DNA of 63,201 nt, counting the filler, from Mycoplasmatota bacterium (GTDB taxonomy: Bacteria; Bacillota_I; Bacilli_A; RF39; UBA660): NCBI GenBank assembly GCA_012727915.1. It is 5 parts of 5 records of this genome, joined end to end, with 100 filler letters (N's around TTAATTAATTAA, not from the genome) between each part and the next. Parts side by side here need not be neighbours in the genome. Positions count along the whole stretch, not along the records: positions 26,648 to 44,044 come from JAAYGD010000039.1; 4 more parts are not named here. The stretch is one strand, 5' to 3'. The translations under genes were made by a program, and so were the position numbers. This document shows, one piece after another, positions 26,686 to 38,017 of this stretch. The notes below the pieces were generated by a model. That model was not told the origin of the DNA, ran no database searches, and saw only the letters and a list, made by a program, of their open reading frames with translations. Within the stretch, counting starts at the first letter, position 1; each line of letters starts with the position of its first letter.

Positions 26686-29600
26686 TTATTCATCTCCCCC
26701 TTCTTCTATATCACTAAAGTCCATTTCTAAATCTTCTTCAACTACTTTTTCTTCAACTACTTTTTCTTCAACAAGAGGCAGTTCTTCTTTTACATCATCT
26801 TTTATTTCTTCTATAGAAAGCAATACATTTTCTCTTGTTTCTTCATCTTCTAATTGTTTTAAATCTACTTCTTCATCTTTTTCATTAATTAATGATATAT
26901 TTAATCCTAATGCTTGGAATTCCTTAATTAATACTCTAAATGATTCTGGTAATCCAGGTGGTTGAATTGGATTTCCTTTAACTAATGATTCATAAGTCTT
27001 TACTCTTCCTACTACATCATCTGATTTAATTGTTAATATTTCTTGTAAAATGTTTGCAGCTCCATAAGCATATAAAGCCCAGACTTCCATTTCTCCAAAT
27101 CTTTGACCACCAAATTGTGCTTTTCCTCCTAATGGTTGTTGTGTTACTAATGAATAAGGTCCAGTGCTTCTAGCGTGAATTTTATCATCAACCATGTGAT
27201 GAAGTTTAATCATATACATAACCCCAACACTTATTCTATTATCAAATGGTTCGCCAGTTCTACCATCATATAAAACCATTTTTCCATCTTCATCCATTTT
27301 TGCTTCTTTCATTAAATCTTTAATATCATCTAATGTTGCTCCATCAAATACTGGAGTAGCCGTATGAATTCCTAATGATTTTGCTGCCATTCCTAAATGT
27401 AATTCCAAAATTTGTCCAATATTCATACGAGATGGAACTCCTTGTGAATTAAGTAATATGTCAACTGGTCTTCCATCAGCCATATATGGCATATCTTCTT
27501 GAGGTAAAACTAAAGATACAACACCTTTATTACCATGTCTTCCTGCCATCTTGTCTCCAACAGATACTTTTCTTTTTTGTATAATTGAAACACGAACTAC
27601 CATATTTACTCCACTAGGTAATTCATCTGATTCTTTTTTAGTAGTAATTTTAATATCGTGAACTATTCCACCTTCACCGTGTTCTACTCTTAATGAAGTA
27701 TCCCTTACTTCTCTAGTTTTTTCACCAAATATAGCATGCAATAATTTTTCTTCTGAAGTTAATTCAACCATCCCTTTTGGAGTTACTTTACCAACAAGAA
27801 TGTCTCCTTCAAATACTTCAGTACCAATTCTAATTATTCCATTTATATCCAAATTTTTTCTATTTTCTTCAGAAACATTAGGTATATCTCTTGTTATTTC
27901 TTCGGGTCCTAATTTTGTTTCTCTACATTGAATTTCATAATTTTCTATCTTTAATGAAGTATATGCATCATCTTTAACAATTCTTTCATTAATAACAACT
28001 GCATCTTCATAATTGTATCCATCAAAAGTCATAAACGCTATAACAACATTTTTACCTAATGCTAATTCACCTTTATCAGTACTTGGGCCATCACCTATAA
28101 CCATTCCAGCTTTAACAACATCTCCAACTCTTACAATTGGAATTTGGTGATAACAAGTTGCAACATTTGATCTTTCATAATTTTTCAAATAATAAACATC
28201 TTTAGCTTCTTTATTTTTTACAACAATTTTTGTAGAATCAACATAATCTACTATACCATCTGCTTTTGCAATAACAACAGCTCCACTATCTTTTGCAGCT
28301 ATATGCTCAACTCCTGTTGCCACTAAAGGAGCTTCTGTTTTTAATAAAGGTAAAGCTTGACGTTGCATATTAGCACCCATCAATGTTCTAGTTGCATCAT
28401 CATTATCTAAAAATGGAATACAACTAGCAGTTATTGATACTATTTGTTGAGGAGATACATCTATGTAGTCAACTTCTTCTTTTTTAGCCATAATTGTATC
28501 GCCTTTATACCTAACAACTACATTATCTTCTAATATAGTACCATCTTCTCCAAGTTTAACTCCTGCTTGAGAAATCATATAATCATTTTCTTCATCAGCA
28601 GTTAAGTATTCAATATTATCTTTATATACTTTATAATCCTTAACTTTTGCATAAGGAGTCATAATAAAACCATAATCATTAATTTTTGCATAACTTGCCA
28701 AAGAAGTTATTAATCCTATATTTTGACCTTCAGGAGATTCTATAGGGCAAATTCTTCCATAATGAGATTCATTTACGTCACGAACTTCCATACCCGCTCT
28801 ATCTCTAGATAATCCTCCGGGTCCTAATGCTGAAAGTCTTCTTTTATTAGTTAATTCCGCAATTGGATTTTGTTGATCCATAAATTGAGATAACTGAGAA
28901 GAACCAAATAATTCTTTGATTACAGCAGTTAAAGGTCTTATATTAACCAAGTTCTTTGGAGTAGCAGTAGATAAATCAACAGTACTCATTTTATCTCTAA
29001 TAATTCTTTCTGTTCTTGCTAAACCAATTCTAAATTGATTTTGTAATAGTTCTCCAACTTGTCTAACTCTTCTATTTGCTAAATGATCTATTTCATCAAT
29101 ATTTCCTATTCCTTGTAACAAATTTAAATAATAAGAAACAGATGCATATACATCAGAAATAGTTAATCTTTTTATGATTAAATTTTGGTCGTTTCCTATA
29201 ATTTCAACTACTTTGTCAGGATTAAGTTTAGAATATACTTTTATTGTTTGAACTTTATTATAAGTATCTAAAGTTTCATTAATTTTTAATTCCTTAACAT
29301 TATATCCTTCTTTAAATATAGGTCTTATTTCTTCTAATATATCTTTAGTTATAACAGTTCCTTCATCAACTATTACTTTACCTTTAATTTTTATTTTTTC
29401 AGCTAATTTACATCCTAATAAACGATCACAAACATCTAATTTCTTATTAAATTTATAACGTCCTACTTTTGCCAAATCATATTTAAATTCATCAAAAAAC
29501 TTAGTGATTAAATGATTTTTAGCACTATCCAAAGTTGCGGGTTCTCCTGGTCTTAGTTTTTCATATATTTCTATTAATGCTTGGTCAGTATTTTTAGTTG

Positions 29601-30273
29601 AATCTTTATCAATGGTATTTATTATATATGGATCTTCACCAAACGCTTCTTTAATTTCTTCATCTGTTGATAAACCAAAAGTTCTCAATAAAGTTGTAAT
29701 AGGCACTTTTCTTGTCCTATCTATTCTAACATAAAATACATCTCTAGAATCCATTTCAAATTCTAACCAAGTTCCTCTAGTAGGAATAACTTGGCATGCA
29801 AAAACAGCTCTACCATTTTTGTCTATTTCTTTAGTATAATAAACACTTGGAGAACGCACTAATTGAGAAACAATAACCCTTTCAGCACCATTTACAATAA
29901 AAGTACCGTTTTCAGTCATTAAAGGAATATTTCCCAAAAATATTTCTTGTTCTTTAACTTCACCAGTTTCATTATTAAATAATCTTGCTTGAACCATTAA
30001 AGGAGAAGCATAGGTTAGATTTCTATCTTTACAATCTTTTATAGAATATTTAGGAGATTCAAATACGTAATCTCCAAAATCTAGTGAAAGATTTCCCGAA
30101 AAACTTTCAATCGGAAACAAATCGTTTAATACTTCTTTTACTCCATCTGTTACAAACCACTGATAAGATTTTTTTTGAATTTCTAATAAGTTTGTTAACT
30201 CTAGGAGATTCCCCCATTTAGAAAATGATGCCCTTTCACGATATGAACCGAATTTTTCGAATTTATAAGCCAT
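26686..30273 (-). CDS. rpoB: RNA polymerase beta subunit
   Basis: [32 protein letters not shown] and GGQRFGEME motifs. Confidence 0.99.
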   Translation of the reverse strand: MAYKFEKFGSYRERASFSKWGNLLELTNLLEIQKKSYQWFVTDGVKEVLNDLFPIESFSGNLSLDFGDYVFESPKYSIKDCKDRNLTYASPLMVQARLFNNETGEVKEQEIFLGNIPLMTENGTFIVNGAERVIVSQLVRSPSVYYTKEIDKNGRAVFACQVIPTRGTWLEFEMDSRDVFYVRIDRTRKVPITTLLRTFGLSTDEEIKEAFGEDPYIINTIDKDSTKNTDQALIEIYEKLRPGEPATLDSAKNHLITKFFDEFKYDLAKVGRYKFNKKLDVCDRLLGCKLAEKIKIKGKVIVDEGTVITKDILEEIRPIFKEGYNVKELKINETLDTYNKVQTIKVYSKLNPDKVVEIIGNDQNLIIKRLTISDVYASVSYYLNLLQGIGNIDEIDHLANRRVRQVGELLQNQFRIGLARTERIIRDKMSTVDLSTATPKNLVNIRPLTAVIKELFGSSQLSQFMDQQNPIAELTNKRRLSALGPGGLSRDRAGMEVRDVNESHYGRICPIESPEGQNIGLITSLASYAKINDYGFIMTPYAKVKDYKVYKDNIEYLTADEENDYMISQAGVKLGEDGTILEDNVVVRYKGDTIMAKKEEVDYIDVSPQQIVSITASCIPFLDNDDATRTLMGANMQRQALPLLKTEAPLVATGVEHIAAKDSGAVVIAKADGIVDYVDSTKIVVKNKEAKDVYYLKNYERSNVATCYHQIPIVRVGDVVKAGMVIGDGPSTDKGELALGKNVVIAFMTFDGYNYEDAVVINERIVKDDAYTSLKIENYEIQCRETKLGPEEITRDIPNVSEENRKNLDINGIIRIGTEVFEGDILVGKVTPKGMVELTSEEKLLHAIFGEKTREVRDTSLRVEHGEGGIVHDIKITTKKESDELPSGVNMVVRVSIIQKRKVSVGDKMAGRHGNKGVVSLVLPQEDMPYMADGRPVDILLNSQGVPSRMNIGQILELHLGMAAKSLGIHTATPVFDGATLDDIKDLMKEAKMDEDGKMVLYDGRTGEPFDNRISVGVMYMIKLHHMVDDKIHARSTGPYSLVTQQPLGGKAQFGGQRFGEMEVWALYAYGAANILQEILTIKSDDVVGRVKTYESLVKGNPIQPPGLPESFRVLIKEFQALGLNISLINEKDEEVDLKQLEDEETRENVLLSIEEIKDDVKEELPLVEEKVVEEKVVEEDLEMDFSDIEEGGDE

Positions 30274-30388
30274 TTTTTCACCCCATAATATTAAATTTTT
30301 TCAAAGAGCCGTGTAAAAAAGGTACACGCTACCAATTTATAATATTAACAAAAATAGTCAAACAAGTCAATGAAAAACATTGATTTTT

Positions 30389-30967
30389 TTAATTTTCTGC
30401 ACAAATAATCCAAAAACCTTTACTTTTTGTTAATATATTCAAATTATAATAAGCTTTTAAATGCTCTGTTATACTTTTGGCTCCTTGATCTTTTCTTATT
30501 ACAAAGTATAACTTACCATTTTCATTTAAAAACTCTTTTGCTCCAATTAAGATTTCTAAAACTTTTTCTTTGCCCGCTCTAATTGGTGGATTTGTAATAA
30601 TATAATCATATTTATTAGTAACATTAATATATGCATCACTTTCAAAAACAGTTATATCATTTAATTTATATTTATCAATATTTTTTCTAGAAAGATGTAT
30701 TGCTCTTTTATTAATATCAATCATATCTACAGTGCAATTATAATTCATTTTTAAATATATTCCTATTACACCATATCCACAACCAACATCTAATATTTTG
30801 CCATCAATTTCCTTAATGTTTTCTAATAATAACTTTGTTCCATAATCAACATTGTTTTTTGAAAAAACACCATTATCAACAAAAAAATCATATTGTTTTT
30901 CATTTATTATTGAATTAATAATTTTAATATTCGATTTTATATTATTATTAGTAAAATAATGATCCAT
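30389..30967 (-). CDS. RsmC-like (YbxB) class I SAM methyltransferase
   Basis: GVFSK..VDYGT, LDVGCGYG, TNPPIRAGK; conserved rplL-rpoB position in Bacilli. Confidence 0.9.
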   Translation of the reverse strand: MDHYFTNNNIKSNIKIINSIINEKQYDFFVDNGVFSKNNVDYGTKLLLENIKEIDGKILDVGCGYGVIGIYLKMNYNCTVDMIDINKRAIHLSRKNIDKYKLNDITVFESDAYINVTNKYDYIITNPPIRAGKEKVLEILIGAKEFLNENGKLYFVIRKDQGAKSITEHLKAYYNLNILTKSKGFWIICAEN

Positions 30968-30988
30968 AAAAACACCTCATAAAAGCAA

Positions 30989-31010
30989 AAAACCTATTAA
31001 TATAGGTTTT
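30989..31010 (-). terminator. Intrinsic terminator after rplL
   Basis: AAAACCTAT-TAAT-ATAGGTTTT hairpin with T-tract. Confidence 0.75.
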
Positions 31011-31011
31011 A

Positions 31012-31380
31012 TTATTTTAATTCTACTGCTGCTCCAGCTTCTTCTAGTTTTGCTTTTAACTCTTCAGCTTCTTCTTTTTTAACATTTTCTTTAATGTTTC
31101 CGCCAGCTTCTGTTAAATTTTTAGCTTCTACTAATCCTAAGCCTGTAGCTTCTCTTACGATTTTAATAACTGCTATCTTATTAGCTCCAGCTCCTGTTAA
31201 TACTACATTGAATGAAGTTTTTTCTTCTACAGCTTCTGCTGCTGCTGGTGCTGCTGCTACCGCTACTGCACTAGGATCTATTCCTAATTCTTCCTTCATT
31301 GCTTCAACTAGTTCTAATACTTCTACTACGCTCATTTCTTTTAATGATTCGATAAAACTTTCTTTAGTTAACTTTGCCAT
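31012..31380 (-). CDS. rplL: 50S ribosomal protein L7/L12
   Basis: Ala-rich hinge; [30 protein letters not shown]. Confidence 0.98.
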   Translation of the reverse strand: MAKLTKESFIESLKEMSVVEVLELVEAMKEELGIDPSAVAVAAAPAAAEAVEEKTSFNVVLTGAGANKIAVIKIVREATGLGLVEAKNLTEAGGNIKENVKKEEAEELKAKLEEAGAAVELK

Positions 31381-31381
31381 A

Positions 31382-31882
31382 TTAATTTCCCTCCTCTTTT
31401 AATTTTTCGGCATATAATTTCAAAGATATACTTAAGTTGTTTATAACACCAAGCATTCCACTTGCCAACATAGTTATCAAAGCGTCTCTTGATGGTATTG
31501 CTGACAATTTTGTTAATACTTCCATAGATGTTTCCTTACCATCTACGATTCCACCTTTAACTTTTAATAATTCATATTTTTTTGAAAAATCTGCAATTAT
31601 TTTTATTGGAGTTATTGAATCTTCACCAAATACTACAGCACTTGGTCCAAATGTACAATAATCCATGTTAAATTTTAAATCGTCTAAAGCTCTTTTTGTC
31701 ATAGTGTTTTTGTAAATTTTCATTTCAGAATTGCTTTTCTTTAATTCTTTTCTAATCAAAGATATTTGTTCATCTGTTAATCCTCTATAATCAAAGAATA
31801 TAGTAGATGCAGATTTTGATATTTTATCCGAAATTTCTGAAACAACACCTTTTTTTTGTTCTAGAATTTTTTCATTAGCCAT
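31382..31882 (-). CDS. rplJ: 50S ribosomal protein L10
   Basis: DYRGLT, KNTM, GPSA and KGGIVDG motifs; operon position. Confidence 0.97.
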   Translation of the reverse strand: MANEKILEQKKGVVSEISDKISKSASTIFFDYRGLTDEQISLIRKELKKSNSEMKIYKNTMTKRALDDLKFNMDYCTFGPSAVVFGEDSITPIKIIADFSKKYELLKVKGGIVDGKETSMEVLTKLSAIPSRDALITMLASGMLGVINNLSISLKLYAEKLKEEGN

Positions 31883-31898
31883 AACTCACCTCCTAAAT

Positions 31899-31996
31899 AA
31901 AAACTCTCATTATACATAACGAGAGTTTAAAATAACATTGTTATTTAAACCCTCGGTAGGAATATTATGCTTTTTTAGCCCCTACTGTCTATGGGT
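31899..31996 (-). promoter_or_regulatory. L10 leader (autoregulatory RNA) with attenuator hairpin
   Basis: Minus strand AGACAGTAGG...TAATATTCCTACCGAGG, then AAACTCTC..GAGAGTTTT hairpin before the rplJ RBS. Confidence 0.85.
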
Positions 31997-32031
31997 ATCG
32001 CTTTTCAAATTGTATTATATATTAATAATTA

Positions 32032-32724
32032 TTATTTGTCAAAGGAATTTAAATCTAATTTAATTCCTGGACCCATTGTAGATGAAATTGATATATTTTT
32101 TACATAATCACCTTTAACTATTGAAGGTTTTGATTTCATAATTACTTCAACGAAGGTTTTTAAATTTTCAATCAATTTATTTTCATCAAAAGAAGATTTT
32201 CCAAGGATAGCATGAACATTTCCAAACGAATCTGTTTTATATTCAACTTTTCCTTTTTTAATATCTTCAACGGCCTTAACAACATCTAAAGTAACAGTTC
32301 CAACTTTTGGATTAGGCATTAAACCTTTAGGTCCTAATATTTTTCCTAATTTTCCAAGTGCTGGCATCATATCAGGAGTTGAAATTATTACATCGAAATC
32401 CATCCAATTTTCAGATTCTATTTTATGTAATATATCTTGCTCTCCAACATAATCAGCTCCAGCTTTTTCTGCATCTTTTGCTTTATCACCTTTTGCTACA
32501 ACTAGAACTTTTTTACTTTTTCCTGTTCCGTGAGGTAACACTATAGCTCCTCTTAATTGTTGTTCGGCTTTTTTTACATCTACATTTAATTTTATTGCAA
32601 TTTCAACTGTTTCGTCAAATTTTGAAGTGCTAGTTTCCTTAACTAATTTTATAGCCTCTTCGACATTATATGCTTTGTTTCTATCAATTTTAGAAATTGA
32701 ATTTTTATATTTTTTACCTTTCAC
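32032..32724 (-). CDS. rplA: 50S ribosomal protein L1
   Basis: [36 protein letters not shown]. Confidence 0.99.
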   Translation of the reverse strand: MKGKKYKNSISKIDRNKAYNVEEAIKLVKETSTSKFDETVEIAIKLNVDVKKAEQQLRGAIVLPHGTGKSKKVLVVAKGDKAKDAEKAGADYVGEQDILHKIESENWMDFDVIISTPDMMPALGKLGKILGPKGLMPNPKVGTVTLDVVKAVEDIKKGKVEYKTDSFGNVHAILGKSSFDENKLIENLKTFVEVIMKSKPSIVKGDYVKNISISSTMGPGIKLDLNSFDK

Positions 32725-32734
32725 TTTTCCTCCT

Positions 32735-32765
32735 TATGTGGTTAATACGGTTTTCCTCCCACATA
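32735..32765 (-). promoter_or_regulatory. L1-binding mRNA site upstream of rplA
   Basis: Minus strand TATGTGGGAGG...AACCACATA, the GTGGGAG..ACCAC L1 target fold. Confidence 0.7.
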
Positions 32766-32781
32766 GGTAATAACCTATATG

Positions 32782-33207
32782 TTAATCCTTAATTTCTATT
32801 CCCATGTTATATGCTGTACCTTCAATAGTCTTCATTGCATTTTCAATAGAATATGCATTTAAATCTACAGCTTTAATTTCCGCAATTTCTCTTAGTTGAG
32901 CTCTTGTTAAAGATCCAACTTTTTCTGTTCTTCCTTTTGCTCCAGCTTTTTCTACCTTTGCATACTTTTTAATTAAAAAAGCTGCTGGTGGAGTTTTAAC
33001 TTTGAAATCGAAAGAACGATCTTCATAAATACTAATTACTACTGGTAGAATATCTCCCATTTTGTCTTTAGTTGCTTCATTAAACTTTAAACAAAATTCT
33101 TGAGAATTTACGCCTGCAGGTCCCAACGCAGTACCAACTGGTGGTCCAGGTGTAGCTCTTCCAGCAGGAACTTGTAATTTTATTACTTTTACTGCTTCTT
33201 TTGCCAC
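32782..33207 (-). CDS. rplK: 50S ribosomal protein L11
   Basis: IKLQVPAGRATPGPPVGTALG; GTG start at 33207 after GGAGGTG RBS. Confidence 0.98.
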   Translation of the reverse strand: MAKEAVKVIKLQVPAGRATPGPPVGTALGPAGVNSQEFCLKFNEATKDKMGDILPVVISIYEDRSFDFKVKTPPAAFLIKKYAKVEKAGAKGRTEKVGSLTRAQLREIAEIKAVDLNAYSIENAMKTIEGTAYNMGIEIKD

Positions 33208-33237
33208 GAAAAACACCTCCTATAATATTTTTTCGCG

Positions 33238-33268
33238 GAGTGGTATTATTGCTAATCCGCTCCCACTC
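33238..33268 (-). promoter_or_regulatory. L1-binding mRNA site upstream of rplK
   Basis: Minus strand GAGTGGGAGCG...ATACCACTC hairpin. Confidence 0.7.
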
Positions 33269-33332
33269 AATCACTATAAATTAATATAGCAAAGTTATTT
33301 TATCACTATATATATTTATTTGCAATCAATTT

Positions 33333-33872
33333 TTAAAAAATCTTTTCAACTTGATATATTTTTGCTTCAATTGTTGTTTCTTGACCAAATAAATCGATTA
33401 TTACTTTTAATTCTTGATTTTCAAAATCCAATTCTTGAATTTTTCCTATCATAGTTTTAAATGGTCCATCTGTAATTTTAACTTTTTCCCCAACTTGTAA
33501 TTCGTTTCCTAATTCTAATCTACTCATTCCCATATTTGCGAGTATTCTATCTATTTCTGATGGAAGTAAAGGTATTGGCTTTGCGCCTTTTCCACTTGAA
33601 CCGATAAATCCAGTTACTCCGGGTGTATTTCTAACTACATACCAAGCTTCATCAGACATAATCATCTCTACTAATATATAGCCCGGAAACATCTTTTTTG
33701 TTTTTTCTTTTGTAACTCCATCTTTAGTTTCTTCAATTTTATGTTCTGGAAGTATTACTCTAAAAATATTATCTTGCATATTCATTGAATTAATACGCAT
33801 TTCTAATTTTTCTTTGACTTTATTTTCGTGTCCAGAATAAGTATTAACTACATACCATTGCTTACTTTCCAT
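33333..33872 (-). CDS. nusG: Transcription termination/antitermination factor NusG
   Basis: WYVVNTYSGHENKVK, FPGYILVEM, VRNTPGVTGF, KOW domain. Confidence 0.98.
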   Translation of the reverse strand: MESKQWYVVNTYSGHENKVKEKLEMRINSMNMQDNIFRVILPEHKIEETKDGVTKEKTKKMFPGYILVEMIMSDEAWYVVRNTPGVTGFIGSSGKGAKPIPLLPSEIDRILANMGMSRLELGNELQVGEKVKITDGPFKTMIGKIQELDFENQELKVIIDLFGQETTIEAKIYQVEKIF

Positions 33873-33874
33873 GA

Positions 33875-34054
33875 TTACCCCACAATGCTTTTAAAAAAAG
33901 CAAATAAAATATCTAATAAGAAAAAGAATAAGGCAAAGAATATCATAAAGGATATTGTTGCAATTGAGTATTTGACCATCTCTTTTTTTGTTGGCCATTT
34001 AATCTTTGCGGTTTCTTTTTTTACACTAATAAAAAATTCTTTTATTTTTTTCAT
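33875..34054 (-). CDS. secE: Preprotein translocase subunit SecE (59 aa; missing from ORF track)
   Basis: Manual translation MKKIKEFFISVKKETAKIKWPTKKEMVKYSIATISFMIFFALFFFLLDILFAFFKSIVG; directly upstream of nusG. Confidence 0.95.
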   Translation of the reverse strand: MKKIKEFFISVKKETAKIKWPTKKEMVKYSIATISFMIFFALFFFLLDILFAFFKSIVG

Positions 34055-34130
34055 TTAACCACCTTTTCCCAAAATAAAAACACTTTCACGTGCTCTATAA
34101 ACGAGATAATAGCACAATTATTATACATTG

Positions 34131-34748
34131 TCAATTAATTTGTATTTCATCGATTATTTTTCTTACCTTTATTCTTATTCTTTGTATAGAACTATCTACG
34201 GATTTATAACTCTTATTTAGTAACTGAGATATTTCGTTGTAATCAAAATTATTTATTTTTAAGTCAAAAACTTCTTTTTCCAATGGAGTTAATATTGAAT
34301 ATATTTTTTCAAATAATTCTTTTTTGCTCTCTTTATATTCATATAGCTCACTAGGATTTGTCCCTTTTTCAAAAAAAACATCTAGCAAAGTATTCTCATC
34401 ATCATTTATCTTCTCATCTAAAGAAACAGAATCATTTAATAAAGTATGCTTTTTTCTACTTGCTTTTTTTAATAAAGAAAAAATTTGTCTTTCCATACAA
34501 AGATTAGCAAAAGTTTTAAATTGAGCATTTTTTTCTTGATCAAAAGAAACAATTGCTTCGGATAATCCAAGCATTCCCTCTTGATATAAGTCTTCATATT
34601 CTAATCCTATTTTTTTTCCATATTTTAAGTATTTTTTAGCTTTTAAATCAACTATAGGTTTGTACTTATCATATAATATATTTAGAGCATTTTCATCTTT
34701 TTCTTCAACTAAATATATTAATTCATAATCATTTATATTTTTATACAA
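34131..34748 (-). CDS. sigH: SigH/ComX-like sigma-70 family factor
   Basis: EDLYQEGMLGL, FKTFANLC, KSVDSSIQRIRIK; rlmB-sigH-secE synteny. Confidence 0.8.
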   Translation of the reverse strand: MYKNINDYELIYLVEEKDENALNILYDKYKPIVDLKAKKYLKYGKKIGLEYEDLYQEGMLGLSEAIVSFDQEKNAQFKTFANLCMERQIFSLLKKASRKKHTLLNDSVSLDEKINDDENTLLDVFFEKGTNPSELYEYKESKKELFEKIYSILTPLEKEVFDLKINNFDYNEISQLLNKSYKSVDSSIQRIRIKVRKIIDEIQIN

Positions 34749-34757
34749 TGTTACCTC

Positions 34758-35453
34758 CTAGCTTCTATTTTTTAATATTTCATAAATAATAATTCCTGCC
34801 GAAACAGATGCATTCAAACTGTTAATTTTTCCTTTCATAGGAATTTTTACTAACATATCACACTTTTCTTTTGTAAGTTTACTAATTCCTTTACCTTCGT
34901 TCCCAATTATTAAAACCAAAGGATATATATATTTTTGCTTATCATATATTTGATTTGTATCTAATGAGGAACCGATTATCCAATAACCCTTTTTTTTCAG
35001 TTTATCAATCGTAGTGTTTATATTTATTACTTTTATTATTTTCATATTGTCTAATGCCCCAGAACTAGTTTTCATAACAGTTGAATTAATATCTACGCTT
35101 CTATCTTCCGGAATTATTATTCCATCTACTCCTGCCGCTTCACAAGTTCTTATTATAGCTCCAAAATTATGTGGATCTTCTATATGATCAAGAATTACAA
35201 GAAATCCATTGCTATTAGTTACATCTTCAATTTCGAAATATTTGTAATCGGGTATATCTAAAATTATACCTTGATGATTTCCATTATCAATTTTAAACAT
35301 TTCTTGTTTTGATTTATATATTACTTCAATCTTTCTTTTTGTTATTTCATTTAACAAATTATTGTCATTAAAATTATCATATAAATATATTTTATTGATT
35401 TTTTTATTATTTTTTAGTAATTCCAAAGCTACATTTTTACCTATCACTATCAT
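34758..35453 (-). CDS. rlmB: 23S rRNA G2251 2'-O-methyltransferase
   Basis: NHQG, LDHIEDPHNFGAIIRT, GNEGKG, SLNASV; ATGA overlap with the mrnC stop. Confidence 0.93.
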   Translation of the reverse strand: MIVIGKNVALELLKNNKKINKIYLYDNFNDNNLLNEITKRKIEVIYKSKQEMFKIDNGNHQGIILDIPDYKYFEIEDVTNSNGFLVILDHIEDPHNFGAIIRTCEAAGVDGIIIPEDRSVDINSTVMKTSSGALDNMKIIKVININTTIDKLKKKGYWIIGSSLDTNQIYDKQKYIYPLVLIIGNEGKGISKLTKEKCDMLVKIPMKGKINSLNASVSAGIIIYEILKNRS

Positions 35454-35821
35454 TTTATACTCCAAATATAATTCATTATTTGATCATTTCTTTCAATGTT
35501 ATTGTTTATATAACAATATCCAATTAATGCTTCTAATGCAGTAGAATGTTTATAAGTTAAAATATCAGTATTTTTTGGTTTAGAGTTTGTTTTTGAATTT
35601 CTAGCCCTCTTTAATATTTCTATTTCTTCTTCATTAAAAAAATTATTATCAATCATATTTTTTAAAAATAATGCTTGTGATTTGGCAGAAACATACTTTT
35701 TAGCTTCCTTTTGCAAATCATTTACTTTGCTTATATTTTTATTTATCAAATAATTTCTTACATATAACTCATATACCGAATCTCCAATATACGCTAAAAC
35801 TATAGAATTAAACTCATTCAT
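35450..35821 (-). CDS. mrnC: Mini-ribonuclease III
   Basis: LAYIGDSVYELYVR, YVSAKSQA, KRARN, STALEALIGY. Confidence 0.93.
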   Translation of the reverse strand: MNEFNSIVLAYIGDSVYELYVRNYLINKNISKVNDLQKEAKKYVSAKSQALFLKNMIDNNFFNEEEIEILKRARNSKTNSKPKNTDILTYKHSTALEALIGYCYINNNIERNDQIMNYIWSIK

Positions 35822-35867
35822 TTATATCACCACAAATATAATAACATAAAAGTAAGAATATTAATTC

Positions 35868-36152
35868 TTACTTTTGTATCTTAATTATATATTCCCCCTC
35901 TTTTGAAAACAAATATTTTTCTCTCGCATATCGCGCTACATAATCTTCATCATTTAATTTATTCATTTCATCTTCTAAATTCTCTTTTTTAGTTTTAGTT
36001 GAACCAAGCGTGTTTTCTAATGCTTTTTTTTCTTTATTAAGAGATATTACTCTACCCAACACAGTAAGTATACTTCCAAACATTAATGACAATATTAAAA
36101 AAGAAAAAATTATTCTAACAATGCTTTTTTTCAATTTATGTTTTCTTTTCAT
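35868..36152 (-). CDS. divIC: Septum formation initiator (DivIC/FtsB)
   Basis: TM, coiled coil, DYVARYAREKYLFSKEGE. Confidence 0.88.
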   Translation of the reverse strand: MKRKHKLKKSIVRIIFSFLILSLMFGSILTVLGRVISLNKEKKALENTLGSTKTKKENLEDEMNKLNDEDYVARYAREKYLFSKEGEYIIKIQK

Positions 36153-36249
36153 TAGTCAACACCCTTCCTTGGTAGGATTGTAACACTCAAAAAAAAGCAT
36201 ATCAATATATAAACTATTAACTTTACTTAAATTAACAAAAAAAAGAGTT

Positions 36250-36546
36250 TTATTCCTCTTCTTCTACTTCTTCAGATTTAACATCTTCAGCTTTTTCGTA
36301 TTCAGCAATAATTATTTCATTAAACATATCTCTTGTTTCTTGATTAATAGGATGTACTATATCTCTATAATCACCTACAGCATTTCTTCGACTAGGCATT
36401 GCAACAAATGGTCCATTATCACCTTCAATGATTTTTATATCATGAATTGCAAAGCAATCATCTATCAAAATTGATACTATTCCTTTCATACGAGAATTTT
36501 CTTTTTCGATTTTACGAACATTTACTGATGTTATTTTCACAAGCAC
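36250..36546 (-). CDS. spoVG: Septation regulator SpoVG
   Basis: KITSVNVRK, FAIHDIKIIEG, FVAMPSRR, RDIVHPIN. Confidence 0.95.
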   Translation of the reverse strand: MLVKITSVNVRKIEKENSRMKGIVSILIDDCFAIHDIKIIEGDNGPFVAMPSRRNAVGDYRDIVHPINQETRDMFNEIIIAEYEKAEDVKSEEVEEEE

Positions 36547-36611
36547 CTCTCCTTTTGAACATATTTCAAGTTAATAGTACAGCATAATTTAAAAAAAATC
36601 AATATAATTTA

Positions 36612-37412
36612 TTAATTTTCCTTTAAATATAATGCATTTGATATAAAAATGAAATCCTCAACTGAAATTTGTTCTGCTCTTATATTTAGTGGGTAATTTC
36701 TTTTTAATAAAATATCTTCAATAAAATTAAAGTCATAATCATCTAAATTGTTCTTTAAAGTTTTTCTTTTATGCTTAAATGAATCCCTAACTAACTTATA
36801 AAATATATCTTCATTTAAAGCCTTGGCTCTATTTATCTTTTTTGATAGTTTTAATACTATACTATCTACATTAGGTTGTGGTACGAACGATTGCCTTGAT
36901 ACGTTCATTATTTTTTTTACATCATAATTGTAATTGATAAATACACTAAGAGAATTATAGGCTTTTGAATTTGGTTTAGCATTAAAGCGATCTCCAACTT
37001 CTTTTTGAACCATTATTATTATTCTGTAAACATCAATATCTTCATTAATTATTTTTTCTATTATTGGTGTAGTAATATAATAAGGAAGATTAGATATTAT
37101 AAATAGTTTATTAAACTTATATTTATTAATATCTTCCTTAATATTTCTATTTAAAAAATCATCATATATAATTGCTAAATTTGATTCTTTTATATCATTT
37201 AAATACTTTTCTAAATCTTTATCTATTTCATATCCTAATACATATTTAAAATTTTTTACTAATTTTTTTGTTAATACTCCTGACCCACAACCTATTTCAA
37301 TTACTAAAGAATCATCCTCAAAATCAGATAAATTAATTATTTTATCTATAATATTTTCATCTTTAATAAAGTTTTGCCCAAATTTTTTCTTAAAATTATA
37401 ATTATATTTCAT
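36612..37412 (-). CDS. rsmA: 16S rRNA adenine dimethyltransferase
   Basis: KKFGQNF, EIGCGSG, SNLPYYITTP, MVQKEV. Confidence 0.95.
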   Translation of the reverse strand: MKYNYNFKKKFGQNFIKDENIIDKIINLSDFEDDSLVIEIGCGSGVLTKKLVKNFKYVLGYEIDKDLEKYLNDIKESNLAIIYDDFLNRNIKEDINKYKFNKLFIISNLPYYITTPIIEKIINEDIDVYRIIIMVQKEVGDRFNAKPNSKAYNSLSVFINYNYDVKKIMNVSRQSFVPQPNVDSIVLKLSKKINRAKALNEDIFYKLVRDSFKHKRKTLKNNLDDYDFNFIEDILLKRNYPLNIRAEQISVEDFIFISNALYLKEN

Positions 37413-37428
37413 CTTACCTCTAAAAAAT

Positions 37429-37447
37429 AAGAGACATTCAGTCTCTT
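37429..37447 (-). terminator. Hairpin terminator after the 3D-domain gene
   Basis: AAGAGAC-ATTCA-GTCTCTT followed by a T-rich tract on the minus strand. Confidence 0.55.
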
Positions 37448-37982
37448 ACCATCCATATCTTAATACCTCGTATATAACACTTGATCTTCCAACCTGTTTG
37501 ACTTCTTCTTCATCTTGAAAACCAAATGCTAAATCCATTAATTTGCCTTTTATTGCGCTTCCTCTATCTAATACAATGGCAAGAAAAGGTTCTTTATATA
37601 TTTTTACTCCAGTTACTCTTACAACAGTACCAAATGGAACAGCTCTATCAGCCGCAACAATCCTTACTGTTCCAAAAGTTTTATCTTCATAATATATATT
37701 ATTGTTTCTAATATCATATCCCGAAGCGGTTATACCCGAACATCCATAGCAATCAGCACCATATGCAGTCATTTTTCCCTCATAAGTTTCAATTACTTCA
37801 AAAGTTTGTTTTGCGTCTGCTATCTCAACTTTTTTTTCTACAACTACAAGATTATCTTTTTCAACAAAATAATTGTTTTTTTTATATTCAATATTAGAAA
37901 AAAAACTATATTTATAAATTAATATAAACGCATTAAATAATACTATAAATCCTATTAATATAAATGAAATTATTTTCTTCAA
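37446..37982 (-). CDS. 3D-domain (MltA-like/YabE-type) cell wall protein
   Basis: N-terminal TM; TAY...GITASG, VAAD..VPFGT, DRGSAIKG..MDL. Confidence 0.85.
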   Translation of the reverse strand: MKKIISFILIGFIVLFNAFILIYKYSFFSNIEYKKNNYFVEKDNLVVVEKKVEIADAKQTFEVIETYEGKMTAYGADCYGCSGITASGYDIRNNNIYYEDKTFGTVRIVAADRAVPFGTVVRVTGVKIYKEPFLAIVLDRGSAIKGKLMDLAFGFQDEEEVKQVGRSSVIYEVLRYGW

Positions 37983-38017
37983 GTTTCACCTCATAATACT
38001 ATTTAATAATATCATTT

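Noticed and set aside
26735..26772. 15-nt repeat (VEEKV) in the rpoB tail
   Set aside because: Low-complexity acidic C-terminal extension, common in Firmicutes RpoB.
25592..30273. Apparent adjacency of the Tad-T4SS locus to rpoB/rpoC
   Set aside because: A linker separates them and rpoC is cut after about 12 codons, so the true neighbours are unknown.
33828..34058. Plus-strand 76-aa ORF in the track
   Set aside because: It is antisense to the real gene secE (33875-34054, minus strand).
34131..36546. spoVG and sigH as evidence of sporulation
   Set aside because: Both occur in non-sporulating Firmicutes, and no dedicated sporulation gene is in the window.
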